Assembly (NCBI GenBank): GCA_963663225.1 | Contig: OY760142.1 | Coordinates: 2,688,001-2,752,000 of the forward strand | Direction of reading: 5' to 3' | Length of the DNA: 64,000 bases | DNA from: Nitrospirota bacterium | Lineage (GTDB): Bacteria; Nitrospirota; UBA9217 | In this document: one piece after another, positions 31,877 to 40,868 of the stretch | Layout: every line of letters starts with the position of its first letter | Numbering within the stretch: position 1 is the stretch's first letter | Position numbers and translations under genes: made by a program | The notes under the pieces: model-generated | Databases searched by the model: none | The model's input: the letters and a program-made list of their open reading frames with translations, nothing else | What the model was told of the DNA's origin: nothing

Positions 31877-32494
31877 ATGGCCCAGATAATCAGAATCGAC
31901 ACCCGCCATCCGGAACAAGCATTTTTTCAATGTCGTTCGACGCTTAATTCCGGAGGCGTTGTCGCGTATCCGACCGACACCTTCTATGGGCTTGGTGCTG
32001 ATCCTCAGAATCCGCATGCCGTTCGAAAACTGTTTTCTATCAAAAACAGACCGGCCAACCAACCTATTCTTCTCCTGATCTCTGATCCGGCAGACGTTCA
32101 TAGATGGGCGGCTGAAATCACACCGGAGGCGGAACGCCTGATGCGACTCTTCTGGCCCGGTCCTCTTACGCTCATTTTTAATGCAAACGACAAGGTGCTG
32201 CCGGAATTGACTTCCGGGACCGGTACCATCGGTCTGAGAGTGCCCGGAAACACGCTTACAAGGCGGCTTCTTGCCTATCTCGGCACTGCCCTTACCGGTA
32301 CCAGTGCTAACATCTCAGGTGGGAAAAATCCTGATTCGGCAGCGGAAATTGTAAAAGACCTCGGCGAAAAGATTGACTTGATCCTCGATGCAGGAAAGAC
32401 GGCAGGAGGGAAACCTTCCACCCTTGTAGATGTGACGAGGGGGAAAATACATATTATTCGCGAAGGGGCGATTCCCTCCCGTGATTTGATCTGA
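31877..32494 (+). CDS. L-threonylcarbamoyladenylate synthase (TsaC/Sua5/YrdC)
   Basis: PTDTFYGL, K-x-RP, WPGPLT and TSANISG motifs. Confidence 0.92.
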   Translation: MAQIIRIDTRHPEQAFFQCRSTLNSGGVVAYPTDTFYGLGADPQNPHAVRKLFSIKNRPANQPILLLISDPADVHRWAAEITPEAERLMRLFWPGPLTLIFNANDKVLPELTSGTGTIGLRVPGNTLTRRLLAYLGTALTGTSANISGGKNPDSAAEIVKDLGEKIDLILDAGKTAGGKPSTLVDVTRGKIHIIREGAIPSRDLI

Positions 32495-32527
32495 CCAGCA
32501 ACAGGAATTTGTTGTAAGGGGGACGAC

Positions 32528-33844
32528 GTGAAAAAAATTTTTGTTCTCGACACGAATGTAGTGCTTCATGATCCGCAGGCAATTTTTGCTTTTCAGGACA
32601 ATGATGTAGTGATCCCTATTGTCGTCATTGAAGAGTTGGACAAATTTAAAAAAGGCATCGATGAAATCGGCAGAAACGCACGCATGGTTTCGAGGATTCT
32701 TGATGAACACCGTTTGAAAGGCAAACTTTCGCAGGGGGTTCAGTTAAAAGGAGGAGGATGCCTGCGTGTAGAACTGAACCACCAGTCGCCGGAACTTCTA
32801 CCGAATGAATTGAACGCGGCGAAAGCAGACAACCGGATACTGGCCACGGCGCTCAACCTGAAGCATGATAATCTCCCGGTTGTTCTCGTGACCAAAGACA
32901 CAAATCTTCGCATCAAGGCCGATGCGCTGGGACTTCGTGCGGAAGACTTCGAATCCGACACCGTGACGATCGAGGAGCTGTATTCCGGCCAGATGGAACT
33001 GTCCGTGACCCCGGATGCGATCAACGAGTTTTATGTAAAGGGGGAACTGCCGCCTGCGGAACCGAAGCCGTTTTCGAACCAGTATGTGCTCCTGAAGAAC
33101 AACGCCAACCCCTCGCAAACCGCCCTGGCAAGATTCAGCCAGCAGAAAAACGCATTGGTGCCGATTACCAGCACAAAACACGGCGTATGGGGCGTGACTG
33201 CCCGCAATAAAGAACAGCAGTTTGCTCTCGACCTGCTCCTGAATGACGATATCCGGCTGGTGACGCTGGTAGGCAAGGCAGGGACCGGCAAAACACTCCT
33301 CGCCCTTGCCGCGGGCCTTGAAAAAACCATCGAATCGAGGATGTTTCAGCGCCTTGTGGTTTCACGGCCCGTCTTTCCGCTCGGAAAGGATCTCGGATTT
33401 CTGCCCGGTGATATCGACGAAAAACTGAGACCCTGGATGCAGCCGATCCGGGATAATCTCGATTTTCTAATGGGTGCTTCGGCCTCGGCAGGGAGAATGA
33501 AAGGGAAAAAAGACCTCCAGGGGCTGTTTGATCTGGGGATGATTGAAGTTGAACCGCTTACCTATATCCGCGGTCGAAGCATGCCGAACCAGTATCTGAT
33601 TGTCGATGAAGCCCAGAACCTTACTCCTCACGAAATTAAAACAATCATCACGAGGGCGGGTGAGGGGACCAAAGTGGTGCTGACCGGGGATCCCTACCAG
33701 ATTGACAATCCCTATATTGACTCGTCAAGCAACGGTCTTACCTATGTTGTGGAACGGTTCAAGAATGAGCCCATTGCCGGCCATATTACCCTCGTAAAAG
33801 GCGAGCGGTCCGATCTTGCAGAACTTGCAGCCACACTGCTGTAA
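32528..33844 (+). CDS. PIN-PhoH (PhoH2) protein
   Basis: VLDTNV PIN domain; GKAGTGKT, RGRS, DEAQN and GDPYQID motifs. Confidence 0.93.
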   Translation: MKKIFVLDTNVVLHDPQAIFAFQDNDVVIPIVVIEELDKFKKGIDEIGRNARMVSRILDEHRLKGKLSQGVQLKGGGCLRVELNHQSPELLPNELNAAKADNRILATALNLKHDNLPVVLVTKDTNLRIKADALGLRAEDFESDTVTIEELYSGQMELSVTPDAINEFYVKGELPPAEPKPFSNQYVLLKNNANPSQTALARFSQQKNALVPITSTKHGVWGVTARNKEQQFALDLLLNDDIRLVTLVGKAGTGKTLLALAAGLEKTIESRMFQRLVVSRPVFPLGKDLGFLPGDIDEKLRPWMQPIRDNLDFLMGASASAGRMKGKKDLQGLFDLGMIEVEPLTYIRGRSMPNQYLIVDEAQNLTPHEIKTIITRAGEGTKVVLTGDPYQIDNPYIDSSSNGLTYVVERFKNEPIAGHITLVKGERSDLAELAATLL

Positions 33845-33935
33845 CAAGAACCATCTGCTATAATTATCCAGTCTGCATCACGCTATTTAAGAGGTACGGC
33901 GGATGCTTTTATGAAAGGATGAAGCACGGAAACGT

Positions 33936-34820
33936 ATGCAGGATATTACAACAAAAAGTAAAAGAACGTTCCTGGCAGTGAGTTTCATCGGCACAATCTT
34001 TGTTCTCGCAGAAATTATTATGCAGTTTCTCGGAAAAAGCCTCTGTTTTACCGAAGGCTGTAAAATTATTGCGAGACAGGCGCGATACGGGGACATTTCA
34101 ATTCTCCTGCTCGGTTTGGTGTTCTTCATAATCCTGACCGTGCTCTCTCTTGCTTGTTTGTACCGCGAGAGGACGGCACTGGAGCGTTCCATCAACATCC
34201 TGCTTATTGCTTCACTGGCTGTGGAAGGTTTTTTGACCGGATATCAGTTTTTCGCGATTCAAACAACCTGTCTGTTCTGTCTCATTGTTTTCAGCTTTAT
34301 AGTCGTCCTTGCAATAATCCGGCTTCTTTCCGGGGAAAAAAGAATACTTGCGGGCTTTGCCGCTCTGGCGGCAGTTTTCCTGCTGTTTTACCTGGTTCTG
34401 CCTGCAGGCGGCGCGCCGGAATCATTGGCGGAAAACGACCGGCTTGTCCTTTTTTTCAGCAAAGAGTGCAAATATTGTGCGGCTGTCAAGAATGAACTTC
34501 AGCAAACCGACCTTAAGGTCAAGTACGTCGACGTAAACGGTTATTACAACCTCCTGAAGAGAATAGGCATTGATTCCGTTCCCACCTTTGTTGTAAACGA
34601 CCCCAATCAAAAACTGTTCCTGGTCGGGGAATCCGCGATTAGGCAATATTTGAAAGATTGTACCGTAAAAAAGACTGCCGCGACCAAAACTTCCCGAAAG
34701 AATCAGACAGAAAAAAATTCAGGAGCCGCTCTTTCCGTTTTTACTCCACAAAACTTGTTTACCGGTCCGGCAGCCACACAGTCAGAAGGTATCTGCAGAG
34801 AGGAACAACCCTGCAAATGA
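33936..34820 (+). CDS. VKOR-like membrane domain fused to a thioredoxin/glutaredoxin-like domain
   Basis: Loop C-x4-C, TM CLFC, soluble CKYC and a cis-Pro-type VP motif. Confidence 0.7.
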   Translation: MQDITTKSKRTFLAVSFIGTIFVLAEIIMQFLGKSLCFTEGCKIIARQARYGDISILLLGLVFFIILTVLSLACLYRERTALERSINILLIASLAVEGFLTGYQFFAIQTTCLFCLIVFSFIVVLAIIRLLSGEKRILAGFAALAAVFLLFYLVLPAGGAPESLAENDRLVLFFSKECKYCAAVKNELQQTDLKVKYVDVNGYYNLLKRIGIDSVPTFVVNDPNQKLFLVGESAIRQYLKDCTVKKTAATKTSRKNQTEKNSGAALSVFTPQNLFTGPAATQSEGICREEQPCK

Positions 34821-34987
34821 GACGGGCATGTTACGCCTTTTCGTGATGCCAGACATTCCTCGTCTTTTTTCTAAACCCTGGCAGTCTCAATCCCTGCGAC
34901 ATGCAATCACCCGGTTTCAGCCGAGGGAGGATTGCAGCAAGTCGCGGGAGCCGGAGGGGCTCCACGACAGTATTACATGAGGAGGAT

Positions 34988-36493
34988 GTGTTGGAAAGAC
35001 AAAAGGGGACAATTGAAGGAATTGCGGACAAAGTCTGGAAGTTTTTCGCTTCCGTCAAACTTGCCGTTGTGCTGCTTATCATCCTGGCCCTTGTCTCGAT
35101 CATCGGCACAGTGATCCAGCAAAACGAACCGCCGGATCGTTATCTGCAGGAGTACAGTCTGTCCACGGTCCGGTTCTTTAATATGCTCGGTCTGTTCGAC
35201 ATGTATCATACCTGGTGGTTTGTTCTGCTCCTCGTTCTTCTTACTGCAAATCTTACGGTCTGTACACTCGAGCGATTGCCTCATACCTGGAACATTGTAA
35301 AGTCGCCCCTTCGGCCTCTCGATGGCGAGGCCGAAAAGGCGCTCCCTTACAGAACAGAATTGCATCTTCAGGAGGGACGGATACAAGCCAGTGAACGGGC
35401 TCTGCAGGCGCTTACTTCGCTCCGCTATCCCGTGACCGAGCTCCAGGATTCTGAATCGATACAGTTCCTGTCACAAAAAGGCGTCTACAGCAGAATGGGA
35501 GTGTATATTACCCATTTCAGCATTATCCTCATTTTTATCGGAGCATTGACCGGCGTTTTTTTCGGATTTAAGGCTTTTTTGAGCCTTCCGGAGGGTGCCG
35601 CACAGAAAGTTGTTTATCTTCGGAATGAGCCTTTATGGGACAGAATACTGTCGTCTTTCGGTATTGCAGAAAGCCGTGTCCAATGGGACCCGGAAGCGGA
35701 GCTGCCGACCATGCCGCTCGGCTTTTTTGTACAGTGCGATGAATTCGACGTTGATTATTATATCAATGCATCTGGAATCCCGACCGGCATGCCGTCAGAG
35801 TATCACAGCACGCTCAGTATTTTCGACCTCAGCGGGAAAATAGTTTTGAGCAAACGCATTACGGTAAATGACCCGCTTACTTACAACGGCGTTACATTTT
35901 ACCAGTCCTCCTACGGCACAATGCCGAACACGCCTGGCAAAATCGTTCTGAACATCCGTCAAAAAAACAGTACGACAGGCGAACAGGTCGTTGTTGATCT
36001 CGGCGGTTCCCAATACGTTTCCTCCATCGACAGAACGGTTACCGTCCTTGGGTTCGCTCCATTCGGAATTCGGGACTTCGCAACGGACCAGGTCATGCTT
36101 TTTCGCGCCGAACACGGTGAGTATATTAATCCTGCCGTTCAGCTGCAGGTTTCTAAAGGCAAAAAACCATTATATACAACCGAAATTCTAAAAACCGACC
36201 GGGGAATGCCTTATATGCCGGAAGACTATACGATCACCCTGGTGCGCTACGCAGGAACGAGATATACGGGATTGCAGGTCACCAAGGATCCCGGAGTATG
36301 GATTGTGTACACCGGCTTTGTCCTGCTTTGCATCGGCCCGCTCATAGCCTTTTTCGGATCGCATAGAAAACTCTGGATTACAATCCAGGAACGCAACGGA
36401 CAGGCAATCATAAGGATCTCGGGTACGGTAAATAAGAACCGTCCAGGGTTCGAACGTGAATTCAAAAAAATAGTTGATGTGATTTCGAAATAA
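34988..36493 (+). CDS. Cytochrome c biogenesis protein ResB/CcsB
   Basis: IGTVIQQ, CTLER, H-x-SII, VNDPL, YQSSY and TGLQVTKDPG motifs; GAGGAGG RBS. Confidence 0.9.
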   Translation: MLERQKGTIEGIADKVWKFFASVKLAVVLLIILALVSIIGTVIQQNEPPDRYLQEYSLSTVRFFNMLGLFDMYHTWWFVLLLVLLTANLTVCTLERLPHTWNIVKSPLRPLDGEAEKALPYRTELHLQEGRIQASERALQALTSLRYPVTELQDSESIQFLSQKGVYSRMGVYITHFSIILIFIGALTGVFFGFKAFLSLPEGAAQKVVYLRNEPLWDRILSSFGIAESRVQWDPEAELPTMPLGFFVQCDEFDVDYYINASGIPTGMPSEYHSTLSIFDLSGKIVLSKRITVNDPLTYNGVTFYQSSYGTMPNTPGKIVLNIRQKNSTTGEQVVVDLGGSQYVSSIDRTVTVLGFAPFGIRDFATDQVMLFRAEHGEYINPAVQLQVSKGKKPLYTTEILKTDRGMPYMPEDYTITLVRYAGTRYTGLQVTKDPGVWIVYTGFVLLCIGPLIAFFGSHRKLWITIQERNGQAIIRISGTVNKNRPGFEREFKKIVDVISK

Positions 36494-36504
36494 TCTGCAG
36501 GAGG

Positions 36505-37755
36505 ATGAGTGCTATGGAAAGCTCCTTGCTTTTTACCTTAGCCACACTGGCATATTTGACGGCCATGGTTCTTTATATTTGCTTCCTGGCGTTCCGCAAA
36601 GGAAACATAGGTTTGGCGGCCACCGTGGTTACTGCGTCCGGTTTTATCGTGCAGACCGCGGCCCTGCTGCTTCGCTGGTGGGAATCCTATCAAATGGAGA
36701 TCGGCAGGATCCCTTTGTCGAATCTGTATGAATCCCTGGTGTTCTTCACCTGGAGCACCGTGCTTATTTATCTGATTGTCGAGTTCAGATACAAGACAAG
36801 AGCGTTCGGCGCTTTCGTGATGCCGCTTGCCTTTCTCGCTCTGGCGTTTATCAATGTTGCCGGCGTCAATGCCGATATCACCCCCCTGGTTCCCGCACTC
36901 AAGAGCAACTGGCTGTTCTATCATGTATTGGTCTGCTTCCTCGGTTATGCTGCATTCGGCATAGCCTTTGCGGTCAGTCTCCTGTACCTTCTGCTGGATG
37001 TGAAGGAAAAAGGTCCTGTTCTTCCCATGGCGTGCAGCATGGGAGGGATTATCGTCATGGCCTCACTTGGATATTACCTGACGGGTCTGGGCGAGGGCAT
37101 GAAAAAAGTTTATTGGATGGGGCTTGGCATCATGGTGCTTGCCTGGTTCATTTATCTGGTCGTGGCGGGAGTTAAAAACAAATCTCAGTTATTCCTGTTC
37201 TGGTGTCTTTGCGTAACGCTGGCAGTCGGACTGCTGATTGCCATGGGGATTGACTTCATATCGTTCTCACTACAGCCTCTTGCCAAAGGAGAATCGCTTA
37301 AAAACCATCTTTTTGAAGCGACGTTTCTTCACGATTCCACCGGGGTTATACTGATCAGCTGGGCCGCCGTGCTTTTCCTGTTCTGGCTTGTCTGGTCACA
37401 GGGCTTGCGGCTCAGGAATCTGCTTGAACAGTACATACCGGCGCCGGATCAGCTGGACGATGTCACCTACCGTATGATTGCGATCGGATGGCCGCTCCTG
37501 ACCGCCGGCATTCTTACCGGAGCGGTATGGGCAAACAGCGCGTGGGGATCGTACTGGAGCTGGGACCCGAAGGAAACCTGGTCGCTGATCACGTGGTTCA
37601 TCTATGCGATCTATCTCCATTCGCGCTATGTGCGAGGCTGGAAGGGAACGCAGATGGCCGTTATTTCAGCGGTAGGTTTTTTGGCTGTTATTTTCACGTT
37701 TTTGGGGGTCAATCTGGTGCTCTCCGGCCTGCATTCGTACGGTGGAATGAATTAA
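36505..37755 (+). CDS. ccsA: Cytochrome c biogenesis protein CcsA/ResC with an extra-TM insert
   Basis: PLSNLYES, PALKSNWL-x2-H, WGSYWSWDPKETW and GLHSY motifs. Confidence 0.92.
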   Translation: MSAMESSLLFTLATLAYLTAMVLYICFLAFRKGNIGLAATVVTASGFIVQTAALLLRWWESYQMEIGRIPLSNLYESLVFFTWSTVLIYLIVEFRYKTRAFGAFVMPLAFLALAFINVAGVNADITPLVPALKSNWLFYHVLVCFLGYAAFGIAFAVSLLYLLLDVKEKGPVLPMACSMGGIIVMASLGYYLTGLGEGMKKVYWMGLGIMVLAWFIYLVVAGVKNKSQLFLFWCLCVTLAVGLLIAMGIDFISFSLQPLAKGESLKNHLFEATFLHDSTGVILISWAAVLFLFWLVWSQGLRLRNLLEQYIPAPDQLDDVTYRMIAIGWPLLTAGILTGAVWANSAWGSYWSWDPKETWSLITWFIYAIYLHSRYVRGWKGTQMAVISAVGFLAVIFTFLGVNLVLSGLHSYGGMN

Positions 37756-37831
37756 GCCCGCAACCGGAATCCAGACCGTCTGCTGAGGTTGCTTGCGGCG
37801 GCAGCTTTTCAGTCGTACCGTCAGAGTGATG

Positions 37832-38959
37832 TTATTTTTTCACGCTGAAACAAAAAACGGTTCCCTCTTTCTCCGAGGTGGTGAAATCCACCGCTCCTCC
37901 CAAAATATCCTCACCGAACAGTTTCATGGAAAATGTTCCAAGCCCTCTTCCGATTTTTGCCTTTGTGCTGAAATTTCGCTGAAATATTCTTCGTGCAACG
38001 TCAGGGGGAATCGACTTTCTGTTCCATACAAGGAAATTAATTTTATCCTCCGACGGTTCGCACCAAACTCTTACTTCATCTCCTTCCGGGGTCTCTTCAA
38101 AAGCATTTATAATCATATTGGTAAGTATTTTCAGCAGCAGGGACGGCTCCGTGTTGAGGGCAATATTTACATCGTCTTTCGGCAGCACGAGTGACTTGTT
38201 CTTTGAAGCAGCATGATTCCCGAACAATGCTTTGAGTTCTTGAAATATCTGCGTGACGGAGATTACCGTATAAATCGGCTGATAGGCTGTCGTGCCGGTA
38301 TTACTGAGGCACTGTTGGACCGATATTTCGCTCATCAGTCTTAATGAACAAGTTTGTATAGTGCGGGACAAATCGCGAATCTCGTCCGTATCCATGCTTT
38401 TGGAAAGGAGATGGCAGGCGCCATGAAGTCCGGTGATGATTCCGTTGATATCATGAAAAAACACCCGTTCCAGCGCGGTTAGTCTTTGCTGATAGGTAAT
38501 ATCCTGCAGGAACAGGAGCAGCAGGCGTTTTTGTTCATACTGTATCGGAACACATCGTACCCGAAAAAACAGATCGCGATTACTATTTTCTTTCGTAGTA
38601 ATGGCGCATTCCTTTTCAGCCGGTATGTCCGATGTCAGGCTCGTAACAATGGATATTGCTGCACCGCATGTCGAGCAGTATTTGCTTGTTCCGCACCCGG
38701 CCGGCATTTCATCGGCGTGCACGCACTTCAGCGCCTCTCCGGGGCGAAACCCCAATACGGCTTCGACATCGTCTATTTTCAGCATTTCGAGCAGCATGCT
38801 GTTCACAGCAAGGATCTGCCGTTGGCTGTTCAGTACCGCCAGAAGACCGCTGACGGAATGAAGCAAGCCGTCAATGACGGAATTGTTGCTGATAAACTCA
38901 ATCTCGTTCTTTAACTCGTCTTCAGATGACCGGTCAGGAGTCGCAAAATAGGTGTCCAT
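37832..38959 (-). CDS. Soluble sensor histidine kinase with a Cys-rich PAS-like domain
   Basis: FFHDI H-box, NM-x2-NA-x-E N-box, FSTK-x3-RGLG; N-terminal CVH-x6-GCG-x4-C-x2-C; no TM. Confidence 0.85.
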   Translation of the reverse strand: MDTYFATPDRSSEDELKNEIEFISNNSVIDGLLHSVSGLLAVLNSQRQILAVNSMLLEMLKIDDVEAVLGFRPGEALKCVHADEMPAGCGTSKYCSTCGAAISIVTSLTSDIPAEKECAITTKENSNRDLFFRVRCVPIQYEQKRLLLLFLQDITYQQRLTALERVFFHDINGIITGLHGACHLLSKSMDTDEIRDLSRTIQTCSLRLMSEISVQQCLSNTGTTAYQPIYTVISVTQIFQELKALFGNHAASKNKSLVLPKDDVNIALNTEPSLLLKILTNMIINAFEETPEGDEVRVWCEPSEDKINFLVWNRKSIPPDVARRIFQRNFSTKAKIGRGLGTFSMKLFGEDILGGAVDFTTSEKEGTVFCFSVKK

Positions 38960-39406
38960 GGCGGTTTCCTTTCAAGTCAGGCAACGGGATAGGAATGGTC
39001 TCTCAAGTATATCAGGAGCGTGACCGTGACGCGGCAAACAAAAACTTCTTGGGTATATTTACCAAAAAATTATTGTATTTTCAATAAAAAAATGCATCAT
39101 ATGCGAGACAAAAACAAATTGGCGATATGTTTGTCCTAGATGCGTACGCGGTTGTGAGGGTAGCTTACAGCTTTGGAGAAAGGGATTACGTTTTCCCGCG
39201 TTTCAAGCTCTACCTTCGAAGCTTCAGAGGATGAAATATTCCAATACTTTTGCCCGATGCCAGCTGTCTGCGCATGGTCGCAAAACGGTAACCTGCGATA
39301 AGTACCAGCAGGCAGACGACACCTAAAACAAGCATGGAGCCGATGAATTCATTTATTGTATCAATGGGTTAGTAATATCTTTGCTGTCGTGATGTTCACA
39401 TACTGG

Positions 39407-40741
39407 CTAGTCGTGTGCTGCGCCATTGTTCTGGACGGCGTGGTACAGCCGCTGAACAAGGGCCTGATTAAAGCCGTGTGAGGTCATGTTGGCGATGATG
39501 CGTCCTTTGATGGGGAGTCCGAGGAGATACAGGTCTCCAATCAGGTCCAATATCTTGTGCCGCACGAATTCGTCGGAATATCTGAGCTTTGTATTAATGA
39601 CCTTGCCGTCATACATGATGATGTGGGAGTTAAGGTATCCACCGCCGACTTTTCCGAGTTTTTGCGCCATTTCGATATTCTCAAAGGTATTGAATGACCG
39701 GGCTGGAGCAATCTCTTTTGTGAAGGAATTGTTTTGAGGATTGAACGTCAGAACCTGTTCTCCGATGGGCAGCGGGTAGTCAACCCGCATTGATATTTCG
39801 AATCCATCAAAGGGCTCTACATAAATATGCTTTTCGTGCTTCTGCTCATTGCCCACACCGATTTTTTTGAGGACGACGGCAAGCTTGGTTTGGGCGTTCT
39901 GCTCTTCTATTCCGGCTTCTTCTATCAATACGCAAAAATCTTTGGCGGAACCGTCAATATTCGGGATCTCTTCTTCGACCTTGATGAGTACGTTGGTTAT
40001 GCCGTACATCGAAAGCGCGGCCATCAGGTGCTCAACGGTGCGCACCCGCCTCCTCCCGTTGTCCAGAATGGTAGAATTTGCCGAGAAGGTTTTTAATGGC
40101 GCTGTTTTTGAGAAGTCATCGAGAGAGGTAATATGGCCGGGTATGGTTTGACCGTCAAGCGTTTGAAAGACGATGCCTTCATCGGTCCCGAGGGGACTGA
40201 GGATGATGCCTGTATTTTTGCCGCTCAGCAGGCCTATGCCGTTCAGAACCACATTTCCCTTAAGCGTGCGCTGGCGTACCGGTGAATCAACCACCTCTAC
40301 CATGCCGGGCGGAACAGAAAGATCGGTGCTGACAATCTCGAGCCTCGTATCCGACGGCAGGGCTGTGTCGTCTCCGGCAGGAGTGTGCTTCAGGGCCGAT
40401 TCAACCTTGTCGAGCAGCACTTCCAGATGCAGCGGTTTTTCGAGGAAATCATATGCGCCTGCTTTTATGGCGGCGACTGCGGCTTCGATGCCGGCATGTC
40501 CGCTCATCATGATGACGGGGAGGGCAGGAAAGCGGTCGTGCAGCCGTTTCAGGAGCTGCATGCCGTCAATGCCGGGAAGCCAGACATCCAGCAGAACGAG
40601 GGATGGCTCCATGGTATCAAGACTTTGCCAGAGACTTTCCGCGTCCGGAAAGATAAGGGTCTGGTATCCCTCATCCTTCAGGATGCCCGCTACGGTGGTA
40701 CAGATAGAAGACTCATCATCAACTATGCAGATAGGGTTCAT
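39407..40741 (-). CDS. lpxC: Response-regulator receiver domain fused to UDP-3-O-acyl-GlcNAc deacetylase (REC-LpxC)
   Basis: REC: IVDDE, LLDVWLPGIDG, MSGH, FLEKP. LpxC: QRTL, TVEHLMAAL, PNIDGSA, EIAPARSF, HKILDLIGDL, SH-x2-N. AGGA RBS before ATG 40741. Confidence 0.9.
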   Translation of the reverse strand: MNPICIVDDESSICTTVAGILKDEGYQTLIFPDAESLWQSLDTMEPSLVLLDVWLPGIDGMQLLKRLHDRFPALPVIMMSGHAGIEAAVAAIKAGAYDFLEKPLHLEVLLDKVESALKHTPAGDDTALPSDTRLEIVSTDLSVPPGMVEVVDSPVRQRTLKGNVVLNGIGLLSGKNTGIILSPLGTDEGIVFQTLDGQTIPGHITSLDDFSKTAPLKTFSANSTILDNGRRRVRTVEHLMAALSMYGITNVLIKVEEEIPNIDGSAKDFCVLIEEAGIEEQNAQTKLAVVLKKIGVGNEQKHEKHIYVEPFDGFEISMRVDYPLPIGEQVLTFNPQNNSFTKEIAPARSFNTFENIEMAQKLGKVGGGYLNSHIIMYDGKVINTKLRYSDEFVRHKILDLIGDLYLLGLPIKGRIIANMTSHGFNQALVQRLYHAVQNNGAAHD

Positions 40742-40788
40742 ATTTGGTTGTCCTATGGTCCCTTCCGGCCTGAGATTAAAGTGGTGAT

Positions 40789-40817
40789 AGTGTAAGATGT
40801 TGCCGGACATTTGTCAA
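40789..40817 (-). promoter_or_regulatory. Sigma70 promoter of REC-lpxC
   Basis: Minus strand TTGACA-17 nt-TACACT. Confidence 0.7.
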
Positions 40818-40868
40818 GGACATGCTGCTTATCAAGGTATTTGCTGAATTGCAGTGAGGAGGCGTCCT

